Source: Flaccisagitta enflata (lineage: Eukaryota). Taken from it: a DNA stretch of 64,000 nt. The position numbers were made by a program, and so were the translations under genes. The first letter of the stretch is position 1. Every line of letters starts with the position of its first letter. The stretch lies in assembly GCA_965153355.1 (NCBI GenBank), contig OZ231126.1, positions 8,990,001-9,054,000 of the forward strand, read 5' to 3'. The notes below the pieces were generated by a model. It ran no database searches. It saw nothing but the letters and a program-made list of their open reading frames with translations, and was not told where the DNA came from. This document shows, piece by piece, positions 1 through 13,328 of the stretch.

Positions 1-1081
1 ATTTTGACGTTGAGGCTGAGATTTGGGCTTCAGGACTGAAATCTGGGCCTCCAGGCTAGGATTAAGGCCTTGAGGCTAGAATTTGGGCCTTGAGGCTGGG
101 ATTTGGGCCTCGAGACTGGGATTTGGGCCTCGAGACTGGAATTTGGGCCTCGAGACTGGGATTTGAGGGGGGGGGACGTAGGAGAAGAAGAAGGAGAAAA
201 TCCCCCATATGTGTGAAAGCATAGGTCATCGACCCCTTCGGGGCCGCTGCCCAAAAAGTGGATCATAGGTCATTTATTTGATCAAAAACAGAAAATATAT
301 AATTCAATTTCAATTCGATTTCATTCTATTTTCCTCTTAATCCAATGACGGGCAAATGACAGCAAATACAGCAATTTTAACAGTTATGGCGGTACAAATC
401 AAGAGGGAGGACCACATAGGCCACTGCGCCCCTTCGTTATGTAGTCAGCTAAGATATAGGGGGATGTGGCTGGGGTAGCCTGTTCTGAGCAGACCACAGG
501 TTAATAATGGGGAGTTTTTTATCCGAGTACTAAAGAGGATAAAGAAAGAAGAGAAAAAGAGAATAGGAACTAAGAAAAACCTAGCTAGAGACGTATTTAC
601 AGAAACAATGAAATATACAAATACTTTTATCAGTTTCGGAGAATTCATGCTATTTTTTGAGACATCCTACTATCATGTGACTTTCCGCGATCACGGGCGT
701 AGAATTGCTCTTCTGTTTGGTTGAGCTGATTGATTCTCAGCTGCCATCGCTGAGGTCGTCCTGTTCCTCGCCACTAGAGGTCCTCTTTTCAATTATCTCA
801 ACCTTGGCGACATTTTTAAACAGCTAGCTCTTACTTTTTATTTGTTTTAAGGTTTCCTCCTTGGCTTTTTTTTTCAGTCTGTGTAAAGGACATTGTTCGT
901 CCATTGGTCCATCCGTCTTTCCATCCGTTGGTACTTGGTAGTACAATTGTCAACAATACCGCCTCTGCCCACATCTCCGTGGCTATTATTGTAACTCCGG
1001 GTCTTTTTCTTCTCAGTCTTTATGCTTTTACACTTTGCTTTTTTTTCAATCTTTATAATTATACTGCGATATCGCCTAATT

Positions 1082-1780
1082 GGGCAGCGGCCCCAAGGGG
1101 ATGAAGTCCTGTAGAACACGGGGAATCTGTCCATCTGTCCCTCTATCCGTCTGTCCATTTGTACGTCCATACACCCCCCTGCCGCCCCATTGGCAGGGCT
1201 TTGAGTCCTTTAAGGCATATTCCGAACCATATTCTGTCAAATTGCCCAAATCCAAGCAATATGGCCCCATTCTAAGCAGAATGGCCCCATTCTAAGCAGA
1301 ATGGCCCCATTCTAAGCAGAATGGCCCCATTCTATGCAGAATGGCCCCATTCTAAGCAGAATGGCCCAAATCTAGTCAGAAAACCCAAATTCTGGCCCAC
1401 AGAGCATCATTTTGGCCGCTAAGACCTATATTTTGCTTCCAACCACATTTGGGTTATTTTGCTTGGATTTGCTTGGATTTTGCCTGGCTATTCTGCTTGG
1501 AATTTGGCCATTCTGCTTAGATTTGGGCCATATTGCTTAAATGTGCGCTATTTGGTAGAATTTGGGTCAGAATAGGCCCTAAAGCAGGCAAAGCCTTGAA
1601 GATGGGGCGGACAAATTGACAGACGGATGGAGGGACAGATGGATGGGCAGATTCCCATGTGTTCCACAGGTCTTTGTCCCTTTCGGGACTGCTGCCCTGC
1701 TCCTTCTCATTTTAAATCACACATTATTCAAACAGGGCTCGGTTACCGCTGACCACTTACTCCCTTTGGGCTGCTATTCT
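1082..1780. mobile_element. Non-autonomous element with long inverted repeats and an internal 20-bp tandem array (same family as 22913-23602 and the partial copy at 1-255)
   Basis: gggcagcggccccaaggggatgaagtcctgtagaacac at 1082 has a degenerate inverted copy near 1655-1698. Internal (aatggccccattctaagcag)n at about 1259-1368. Confidence 0.7.
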
Positions 1781-1990
1781 TGTTTTAATTCTCCCTCCTA
1801 TTTCTTTTTCTACCTCTTTTCCCTCTTCCAATATTTTCTTCTTTATCCGTACATCTGACCTTTCGCCTATCCGAACACAATTAGGCGTTGCTCCCCAGCC
1901 TATGGGTGCTTGCTGCTTTCCTCATTTAGTCATTGATACATTTTCCCTTCCAATCTGTTTATTTGTCATAATGCAATACCTATCTTTTCC

Positions 1991-2131
<141 letters not shown>

Positions 2132-2138
2132 TATACAG

Positions 2139-2369
2139 GCGTCGGTTCGTTGAACATGCGGCCGACTGGACTTTCTCTCGGCAACCCGATTCGTCCGCCA
2201 GAAAAACCGGTCACCGGAATGGACAGAATCTGGGCGCTTCTCGGTAGAAAGAAAGACAAAGAAGAAAGACAAAAATCGAAGAAAGAAAATCGGGCCAGAA
2301 AAGCGCTGAGAACGATCACGTTCATTTTAGGCGCTTTCGTACTTTGTTGGACGCCGTACCACGTGCTAG
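2139..2369 (+). CDS. Class A aminergic GPCR, muscarinic acetylcholine receptor B/GAR-2-like; penultimate exon (end of ICL3 + TM6); upstream exons not found in window
   Basis: Acceptor tatacAG at 2137-2138 after a (CT)n tract; donor G|GTGAG at 2370 (phase 1). Translation ...KSKKENRARKALRTITFILGAFVLCWTPYHVL has the TM6 CWxP motif and the ENRARKA(L/F)RTIxFILGAF signature I recognise from invertebrate B-type mAChRs. Confidence 0.88.
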
Positions 2370-2391
2370 GTGAGTTGGGAAAGGAAAGGCA

Positions 2392-2491
<100 letters not shown>

Positions 2492-2624
2492 GGCAGACAA
2501 ATAAAAAGAGAGAGAGCTTGATAAAAATAGTAAGAAAAGAAAGGAAAAAAACTGGAAGAAAGAAAGTGAAAAAAAAAGAAAGAAAGAAATACGGATGGAA
2601 AGAAAGAAAGACAGACAGACACAC

Positions 2625-2661
<37 letters not shown>

Positions 2662-2898
2662 AAGAAAGTAATGAGGGATATGAAGGAAGAAAGACAAGAC
2701 AAGAAGGATCAAGGATGCCGAATTAAAAAGGAAAGAAAGAAAGAAAGAAAGAAAGAAAGTAAAAAAAGAAAGAAAGAAAGAAGGATAGAAGAAAAAAAGA
2801 CAGACAGACAGACAGAAATTCAGAAAGAAAGTAATGAGGAATTGAAGGAAGAAGGAGAAGACTTGAGAAAAGGATCAAGGATGCAGAATTAAAAAGGA

Positions 2899-2978
<80 letters not shown>

Positions 2979-3551
2979 CAGACAGACAGTCAGACAGAAA
3001 GACAAAAAGAAAGTAATGAGGAATTGAAGGAAGAAGGAGAAGACTTGAGAAAAGGATCAAGGATGCAGAATTAATCAGGTGCGACTGCGACTGCGCAGTT
3101 GGCAGTAATGAAAAAGAAACCGACTTCTTAATGAGAATCGTTTCCATCGGGTAAAACGACCGATTTACCTTCTTACCGATCTGCATACTAACCATTTTAC
3201 CGATCGACCAACTGTCTTACCGATCTACCAACTGTCTTACCGACCTATCAACTGTCTTACCCATCCACCAGCTAACCGCCTTACTCATCTACCAACTAAC
3301 AATCTTACCAATCTACTTTCTACCCGTCTTACTGATCTACTAACTAACAGTCTCACCTATCTACCTACTAACCATCTTACCGATCTACCAACTGACCTTC
3401 TTACCAATCTACTTACTATTTGTCTTACCAATCTGCCTACTAACCATCTTACCAATCAACCAACAAGCCATCTTACATACTACCCGTCTTACTGATCTAC
3501 TGAGTAATAGTCTTACCAATCTACCAATTAACTGTCTTACCGATCTACCTA

Positions 3552-3728
3552 CAGTTGAACCCCGCTCTAACGGACCCGCTTTTAATGGATTTCTGCCTGT
3601 AATGAATATCAATTCTTGGTCTCTTCGATGGGTTTTATTTTATTTCTCATGTTCGCTACAATAGAATTCCGCCTATATCAGATAAAACTTGTTGGTCCCC
3701 TGAAATCCGTCAGAGCGAGGTTTGACTG
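3552..3728. mobile_element. Tc1/mariner-pogo-like MITE (TA TSD); related copies at about 7036-7210 and 27073-27245
   Basis: TA|cagttgaaccccgctctaacgga ... tccgtcagagcgaggtttgactg|TA imperfect TIRs. Confidence 0.8.
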
Positions 3729-4348
3729 TACTAACCTTCTTACCGCTCTACCGACAAAGCGATCAACCGATCTGCTGATTAACCATCTTACCAATTTGTC
3801 GATCGACAATGAGGCGTGTAAGTAGAATATATTATGTATTATGTGTATACCTAACGGTACAGGCCTGTCCATATCATGGTAATGAAGTACGCAGTCAAGC
3901 TGATAGTTTTGTCAGGTAAGCAATTTTTTTTCATTTGTATAGGATAGTGGTGAGCAATCCGGGGTAAACAACATTGAAAGCTTGCAAGGCTGTCATCCAT
4001 TGTAAATTGGAGAATTCTGGCCTCCTATCATAAGGGCAACATTGTTTCAACTTTGATAGAGGTTAATGTTTCAATCGATGTACAGCGAATATCGGTATCG
4101 ATGTCGATGTCGATGTGTGGTAATCCAACTGACTGAGACATGAACAAACGAACCCATCAAAGAAAGTTGGGTTTATTAGTTTAGCGTCCGACCTTTCATT
4201 CCAATGAGAAACGTTTTCAGGTGTATCTGATCTTAGCAGAAGTACACCCTCAACAAGACTAGTGCGAGTCAGTAAAACAGGAAAGAATCATAACATACTT
4301 ATCCTCTCTTCCCACTCCCCCTTTCTCCTCTTTTTTTCCCCCATGCAG

Positions 4349-4524
4349 TTACTCTGATGTCTTCGTGTAAAGACACTTCCTGCGTCAACGAGAATTTGTA
4401 CATGTTTACTTACTTCCTGTGTTACTTAAACTCGCCGCTAAATCCCTTCATGTACGCGATGGCAAACCCACAATTCAAAAAAGTCTTCATTCGTGTCATG
4501 AAACTCGATTGGAGGAGACTTTAA
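4349..4524 (+). CDS. Same GPCR, last coding exon (ECL3, TM7, helix 8)
   Basis: Polypyrimidine tract + catgcAG (4347-4348), phase 1, matching the previous exon. Reads VTLMSSCKDTSCVNENLYMFTYFLCYLNSPLNPFMYAMANPQFKKVFIRVMKLDWRRL*, with an ECL3 Cys pair, NPxxY and helix-8 FKKVF. Not called in the ORF track. Confidence 0.9.
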
Positions 4525-5180
<656 letters not shown>

Positions 5181-6270
5181 ATACTCCATTCCCACCGTCC
5201 CTCAGGCAAGCCCCACCCCCTTTCCCCCCACGCATCCTCTCCAATGCCCCCAAACCTCTCGACCGGCCCTTCTACATTCATATACAACTTGAATTCCACC
5301 ACAACCCTCTGTCCAGTTTTCAACATCACACGCTCCTCATCGCATCGAGATTTGTTCATGATTTTATAATGTTAAAAACATGGTGGTCGATGAATGTCTA
5401 AAACCACTGTGGGGCGTGAGCGTTGTTCCCATTGTTGTCCCCATTGTTGTTCCCATTCCCATTGTTTCCATTGTATCCGTTACATTTGTGCACCGTCACA
5501 TTTGTGCATCATTTGATGCGTGCATTATCAGTGACTCATCATCAGAGTGCACCGAAAAATGTGCGCACCATTAATTTCATGCATTGGCAAAGGTTTGTAC
5601 TATTTGATGAGTGCACCGTCACATGTGTATGCGATGCCACATGCGTGCGTCGCATCGTCGCATGAAACGTCGCGTGCCATAACAGTATTTCAGTCTTAGT
5701 AATTGACCTGGCACGCCCATTTAAAAAAAATGTTCGTTTTCTTTATATACATGCTCACTCATCCACTGGCATGGTATTATAAAGGTAACACAAGCAATTA
5801 GAGACATAACATTTTTTGCTTAGTACTCGGCGTCAAAATGAGCAAGCTTCCTTGAAGTATCGTATGACACATCAATTGAACTGTTTTTCCTTTTTTTAGA
5901 AAAAAAAATTGACATTGGTTTTTGGGTGCAAAATGGATGGTACTAGGAAGTTCCGGTTTCAGCTAGAAGATGGGCAAACGCCTACAATTGATTACATTTG
6001 AATAGCAGATGTTACAGGCTTCGTACATTTTCTTTTATCATCATTGTATAGTTCCCCGTGAATTGATGAACAATTTATTGTGATATCGAAAAAATGTGTG
6101 TATGTCATCTAATCTTGATTCGTTAGTGAGTGTAGTTGAAATATGAAATGTTTGTTTATATCCAGGACACGCAAACACCTCCAAAACTTTCCTCTGTTAT
6201 ACTTCGACCGTTCATCAAGACCTTTGAGACTTCCTTCGAGTGCGACTGATTTTATTGTTAGCATTATGCG

Positions 6271-6368
<98 letters not shown>

Positions 6369-7563
6369 CTTATTAATCTTGTTCTTATTTATCATTGACA
6401 ATGAATGTCACATTCTTTTACAATTGTCTGGTTCTACTAATTGACACATCTCTGAAACCAAATTATCTTGGATAGAACCTCAAGGTCATTTTAAGTCCAT
6501 CCTTGTATACAAAATACATTCAGACCCCACTCTAACGGTCACTGTCAGTCCATCCTGGATTCCAGGTATATAAAGCACATTCAGACCCCGCTCTAACGGT
6601 ATCCTCCTTGTAACTTGAAAATTATTTGTCCCTCTTTTCCATTTTCCTGTATTTTGTTAGGCGTCCATGATTTCTGTAAAAGTACATTTAAATCCATATG
6701 AGATTTAGCCTTATCTGAGTTTCAGAGATCCTGTCAATTTTTACATGACTAGCTTGTAAATGTAATGTTCCTCAATGCTCTTGAATAAGAGTGTTAAGGC
6801 AAATTGACTTTTTTTATTACAAACACTTGATCAATTTTTTTTAATCGAATTGACTTCGAGGGCTTGTGCTTTCAATGCAGATGATGTGGGTTGGACATCT
6901 GTGTTTGATATACATGTTTGATTTCTGATGGTTGGATATATGTGTTTTATCTACAAAATGAAACCTTGAGAGAAAGCAGTGGAAACTGCACAAAAATTCG
7001 CCGGTTCTATGTCACAGCAAACAACTAATGACTTCAGTTGAACTCCACTCCAAAAGACCCGCTTTTAACAGAATTCCGCCTGTAACAGATATCAATTCTT
7101 TTCCCTTCAGCCTGTTTACTTTTATTTCTAATATTGGCTCTAATCAAATTCCAACTATAACAGATAAAATTTATTTGTCCCATGAAATCCGTTGATGTGG
7201 CATTCAACTGTTCTTAAGATTGAGTGGCTTACCAGATGAAAAGAAGTACATATTATTGAGGAGAAAAATCGCATCACGAGCACTTTGTGTCAGTAAACAA
7301 TCTTTCATTTAGTGTAACTCCATAAGAATCAAAACCAAATAATTCAAAGAATATTTTTTGGGGCACTCAAACAATTTTCAAAGCATTAGCATTTTACCTA
7401 TTTACGAAGGTATCTTTTCTCCCTCAGGCACTGTAGATCAAAATGAGCATAAGGGATTGAGTGGTAATCAACTTTCACGACAAAGATTCCAGACATCATT
7501 GAACCCCCGCTTAAAACCGTCAACTGAATGTGTTCTTTTTTTTTTTTTTTTTTGAAGATGATA

Positions 7564-8048
7564 CCCTGCCATCAATTACAACTGTAACAGAAGAAACCTT
7601 TGTTGTGCGTAAAGAATTTGTATTGAAGAATATTGTTTTATACATGATCTTCGATTTTTTCATGCAAAATTTTAATGCTCTGGCTCAAACAATTTGGCTA
7701 CAACACCTAAGTCAATTGTTAAAAAATTTTGAAAAATGCAGAAAAAATAATAAATCAAGAAATCAATCAACTAATACTTTTGACTAATCTAGTCATTTTT
7801 ATTCCATTTGCATAAATCTAGAATAGTTTTTGAATAAAAAATTGCTCAAAAATGATGTTTTAAACGAAAACCTTGTCAAATCTGAAAATCAAGTGAAAAC
7901 CAAACCTTATGAGTTAATGCTTTGAAATTTTTGCATGAAAAAATGGTAGGTTATGTGCTTTCAGATGTTACAAAGCAGAATTCCTCATTGTAAATACTTT
8001 AAGCATAATAAAAGGTTTCTTTCGTTACAGTTGTATTTGATGACAGGG
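7564..8048. mobile_element. MITE, TA TSD
   Basis: TA|ccctgccatcaattacaactgtaac ... gttacagttgtatttgatgacaggg|TA. Confidence 0.75.
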
Positions 8049-9448
8049 TAGAAAAATAATCCCAACATTTCAGCTGCAGTTCTCAATGGATCTTTTACCA
8101 TAAATTTTCAGTACTGAACAGCATCCACGCAAAAAAAAAAACGGAAATGCAAACGATTATAGAACAGCATGAAAATGATCGAAAACTGAAGTATTCAGTT
8201 CTTCACTTAATCTTATCACAAACAGTACATTCTCAGCCTCTTGAACCGGATTGGTCTGAACTGCAGGATTGTGTAAAAACATAAAAAGATGACTCGTCAT
8301 TGCAAACACCACTAAATTAATGCTAAAACAAAAATGGCTTTACAAAGATGAATAGACAATAGAACCTTTGATAGGAGACAAGGCATGTTGGAGACAAGAC
8401 GCCATAAACACCAACATTCTTTCAAATGCAAAGCTGACGCAACATTCCTGCAAAACAATGATGACGAGTTCACCGTGCGCCCGTGCACCAATATTTACTT
8501 GGAGAATGAGAAGACATACATAACTCCAGCATTCATTAGCAGACCAAGTTGATGAAACTTTTGTTCCACTACAACCCTGACAAGACATTGCAAACAATAA
8601 CTACAATGATGACAAGACATTACCGACACTAACAACTTCTTGCACAATAATGAGACTTACAATTAGCAAGCACCAACATTCTTGCAAAAGCAAAGCTGGT
8701 GAGACATTCTCACCATGAAAAGGATGACAAGACACTGCCAAAACCAACATTCTTGCAACGAAAAAAAGCTGACAATAGATTTTTACTATTACAAAGATGA
8801 CAAGACATAACCAGCATTAACATTCTTGCTTAGACAAAGCTGATGAGACATTCTTGCCAAGACAATGATGACAAGACATTACCAAAATCAACATAATCGC
8901 AAAAACTGACCAGACATTTTTACCATGACGATGAGACATTACCAACACCAACACCTTTCTCTCACGATTGATATAATTCTCATTCGTGCATCATGAGGCT
9001 GTTCAACTTGTTGAATTTAATTTTCACACTTGACTCTTGTCCATTGTTCTCTTCTGTCCCAGTTTTGAAGTGATTTTATAACTCAATGTTGATATGTTTG
9101 AATCAAGGCTGACATTCAATTGTTACCTTGAACATTAATACCGTCAATAGTATTGTGTAGGTGTAGACCTTAATTGAAATGAATTGTTTCCCTTAAAGGG
9201 AGTAGTTTTCCATTAGAATGAACACGATATAATTATCATAATTGATAACTGACTAAAGAATTTTTTTTCATATCTTTATAAAAGATGCAGAATGTCAGAT
9301 TTTGTCAACTTTTTTTTATATTTCGGATTTTCCCCTTTCCAGAATCATTTTGAAATCTCCATTTAATTTGCTGCTCATTGCATCCCTACTCATCAACGAT
9401 GGTGTTTGTTTGTTTGTTTGCTTTATCGATTCTCTTCTCTCTCTTAAC

Positions 9449-9584
9449 TAGGGATGTGGAAGCGATTGACCGCTTCCATTTTGGAGGATGGGATAGCTAC
9501 TAGTATTTGAACTGCAAAATGGAAGCGGAAGTGGAAGCGGAAGCGGTGGAAGCGGCACTAAAATCGACCGCTTCCACATCCCTA
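9449..9584. mobile_element. hAT-type MITE, 136 bp
   Basis: TIR tagggatgtggaagcg / cgcttccacatcccta with a perfect 8-bp TSD ctcttaac (9441-9448, 9585-9592). Confidence 0.9.
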
Positions 9585-10162
9585 CTCTTAACCCAGCACA
9601 TAAGTGTAGACTCTGGTTAGTTATTAGATTAGTCACAAAAACTTGATCATACTGAGCTTCCCTCGCCCCATACTGTCTCCAACCCCCTCCCCCTTTTCGC
9701 CCGCCTCCTCCCTTGATGCAATCATACGGGGAAAATATACAAACAGTATTAGACCAATACTATTGGTCACTGCGTTGATTGTATCTTTTTTACATTGTAT
9801 CACTGCGCCCCACTCTTCAGATTTGGCATGCCAATTTTTGCCATACAACATTATGTCAAGTGTCCCTATTTCAACATGTCTCAAATGATTTAAATGCCAT
9901 GTCGAAACTTATCATAATTCTGTCAAATTTGTCATTGACTTGTAATACATCGATCCTCCGCGGTAGATGCCGTTGTAGACGACTCACTTTAGATAATTCG
10001 CTCAATCACGTGAAAAAAAAACTCCCGGTACATTGCCATGCCCCAATCTGTAATTCTATGCCATGCCTAAATCCGTTATTCTAAGCCATGCTCCAATTAG
10101 TAATTCTCTACCATGTCAGTATAATACCCATGTCTCTTTTTTTCCTGGCAAAACATCCATTC

Positions 10163-10310
10163 TTAGGTGCGACAAAGCACCTCTATAACTAGCTCAATGC
10201 ATCGGTCGGTTGGTCGGTCGGTCGGTCGGTCGGTTGGTCGGTTGGTCTGTCGGTAACGCATTCGTTCGTCGATCCACACGTCGCACCTTATTGGCCTACT
10301 TGGCCTTGTT
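10163..10310 (+). mobile_element. DINE-1/HINE-like short element, aggtgcgac family (also tandem pair 20201-20440, partial 29003-29060, reverse copy 54183-54311)
   Basis: 5' hairpin aggtgc-gacaaa-gcacct, (GGTC/GGTT)n microsatellite, subterminal IR gtcgcacct, 3' hairpin ggcc-tactt-ggcc then ttgtt; T-rich flanks and no TSD. Confidence 0.75.
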
Positions 10311-11570
10311 CCCTTCTTTTTTCCTCATTTATTTCATTCCATTTTCCTCTCTCATTTTTTACCCTTTTCTTCCGGACCTCGACTATGTGGCATTTCTGTA
10401 CCCAACTTTCACCCTTCCTCTAACCTCTCTCTCTCTCTTTATGTGTGTGTGAAGTATTCCGTGTCTGTTCATCCTTCTTAGTCAATGATAAGAAAAAATG
10501 CTTTATTCGTCATGTTTCATGTCATTCATGTCATGTCTCATGTCATTCATGTCATGTTACATGAAAGGACAAATGCGCGTCACCCGCATAAATTGTTTTT
10601 GTTGTTGATATATGGAGGTAAATTATTGCTATCATAGAAGAAAACCCAGTGTTGACCTACAATTGTCTCTCCAATTCTTTCAGACTTTATTTTTGTTCTC
10701 AAAAGATAAGTTTAGCCATGAATTTGTCTGTCAAAGAGCTCTTTAACGTAGCATTGTCTCTGAGGAATACCTCATAAGTTTTTATTTTTAAGCGCTTTTT
10801 TTTTTTCAAATTTACAGATATACTGATTAGAATTCAGAAAGCTGAAAAATTTGAATTCTTATGACCAAGGTCAAGATTAAGGCTTGAAGAGCTAGGATTC
10901 AGAGGCTAATAGCCAAGCTTTTAACTAAGACTGCAAAAAGTGTGAGTACAGCTAGAAAGTGGGAATCGAATTTAACGACCCTGAAGTGACTGGGGATTTT
11001 AGGTGTTGAATCCAAATGTTGTTAAATCGAATTTCCTATTGTCTTCCATTATTGATCTAAAGAGCTTCAAAACAAGGTTACAGAGAGGAGCATCAGTCAC
11101 TGTTAAAGCATTTCTGCAATTGTGCTACAATTACAACCTTGGGAATAAGTATACCGACAACTTCAACTAAAGATCTTTCCGCTTCTGGAAAAGCTAGGAA
11201 CTTTTTTTTAAAAAAAGGAATTAATCTTAGTCAAATTATCTCCAGAATGAATGCAATCTGGTTCTTGTAGCTTTAACCGTTTAGAAATGGCAGGCAAAAG
11301 ACTAAAAACATTCCTTTTCGAAAATGACAAGAAATCAAGAATGAAGAAGTCAATTTCTTACTGACAGTTTCTATTAAAGATATCTTGACTTCTAGAAAAG
11401 CTAGAAACTTTTGTAAAAAAAGGAATTAATCTTTATCAAAAGCACTTTGAGATGAGTTTCTGTAGCTTTAATCGTTTAGAAGTTACAAGCAAAACAATAA
11501 ACCTATATCCAGAATGATTGGTTCAGCAAGTTCGTTTTAGAGATGTGAAACCAAATCATCCTGAACAAAT

Positions 11571-11774
11571 AACAAGGCCGGATACACGGCTACCCCAGTC
11601 GCGTGCGGTTGGGCAGGGGCCATATTTGAAGTCAGTGGAGCATTTGGGCAGGAGCGGTATAGCCAAAAACCCCATAAACGCCAAAAAAGTAAAGTGTGAC
11701 GGACCAACAGACGGACCGACGGACCGACGGACCGACAAAGCGGGGTGTAGAGTCGCGTAGCACGCGACTAAAAA
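11571..11774 (-). mobile_element. DINE-1/HINE-like element, agtcgcg family (others at about 12120-12410, 14863-15251, 19711-19870, 28505-28758, 29374-29560, 31594-31775)
   Basis: Terminal hairpin agtcgcgt-agc-acgcgact, (GACC/GACG)n, subterminal cagtcgcg, and the other end aacaaggccggatacacggc. Confidence 0.75.
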
Positions 11775-12917
11775 GCTGTGTTTAGTGCATAAATATGGAA
11801 AACTTGGATCATCTGTAAGGTCAAAACATCACGCAAAGACCTATCACTTTCAGTAGAATGTTTTGATCAATTCTTGGTGAATTAATCAATGAATTGCCTA
11901 GGTGTCGGTATACTTTTTTCCAAGGTTGTATGTAGACAAACAGATAAACAGACAAAAAAACAGATAAACAGACAGAAAGATAGTTTGACAGGAAGCATGA
12001 CAAACAGATCAACAAATATAGCCTCTTATACACTTAGAATATAGAAAAGATTTCAGAGTTGTGAATCATTGATAAGTCAAACAGCACAAAAATGGTTAAT
12101 TTTGAATCTTAATCTTATAGACCTAAGTCGCGTGCGTCGGCACTTTCATAAAAAGTCAGGCAGACAGACAGACAAACTATTTATTTTCAAAAAGACAGTT
12201 GAAATAGCTATTCACTACTCCAAGCCCTTCTCCACTACTCAAAAACATAAAAAAAACTCAATAAAAACCCTTTAAAAACAACTTTGTGACCGACCAACCG
12301 ACAGACCGACCGACCGACGGACCAACGGACCGACGGACCGACGGACCGACGGACCGACGGACCGACGGACCGAAAAGTGTCTTATAGAGTCGCGTAGCAC
12401 GCGACTAAAAATCGCCTCGGTGGTCTCAAATCTATTCACCATCCGGCCCTACACATCAAATTTTAAGGATCTATCATGATCCGTTTGAGCTGTGGGTATG
12501 ACGAAATTTTTTTTTCTCATCAAACTCCCCATTATGGGTATCAATCGATGCAGTTTTGTGAGGGCTTTCATTTGATAACCCACAACGCCTATTATTTTTC
12601 ATTTTGCATGTCATTTCACATCAGAGAGTGACAGCCAAAGTTAAAATAAATCTGTCACTTGATTTGTACCCAATGTCATTAATGTGATTTGCATAGAAAT
12701 GGGCCTAATTTGTTTTAAACTATGAAAAAATTCATTTTCAAACTACCAAGGCTTTATTTTGTTATTTTATAAAGATAATGTCAAAATCAACCACAGCGCA
12801 ACAAAAATGATACATGTAAAACAGCATGTGTGATTTTTAAGCTTCTCCATTATCAAATTTTATTGTTTTTGCAATGAGACAAATTTAAAGGAAAAGATAA
12901 ATTTGTGAAGAAATATA

Positions 12918-13328
12918 CTACTCGACTCAATAAAAAAGCCGCACTTTTAAATGACAAATTGTCAAACTAAATTTCAAAAAAACTAATCAAAATCTTAGAC
13001 CATTAGAAAGCTCTTGAAAAGATCTTTTATTTGGCGCCAATCTGGTATTGCTATCTTTTTTCGTTTAGAAATGGCATTAGTTTGAATAAAAATATTGCCT
13101 ATTTCAGTTTCGCAATCCCTATGAAAAAAGTGCATTTTACCAAAATAATGCTTTTCTTTGCAGAGCTCTAGCTCCTAAACCGTTTGAGATACAGATCTGG
13201 GATTGGTCTAGAATGAAAGAAAATTCAAAAATCTTTCAAATCCCTTTAACAGAATAATTTTCAAATAATCTTTTTTTCTTATACATCAACTCAGAATAGG
13301 GTGCGGCTTTTTTTTTTTAGTCGAGTTG
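12918..13328. mobile_element. MITE, TA-flanked, imperfect TIRs
   Basis: ctactcgactcaataaaaaagccgcac ... gtgcggcttttttttttagtcgagttg. Confidence 0.6.
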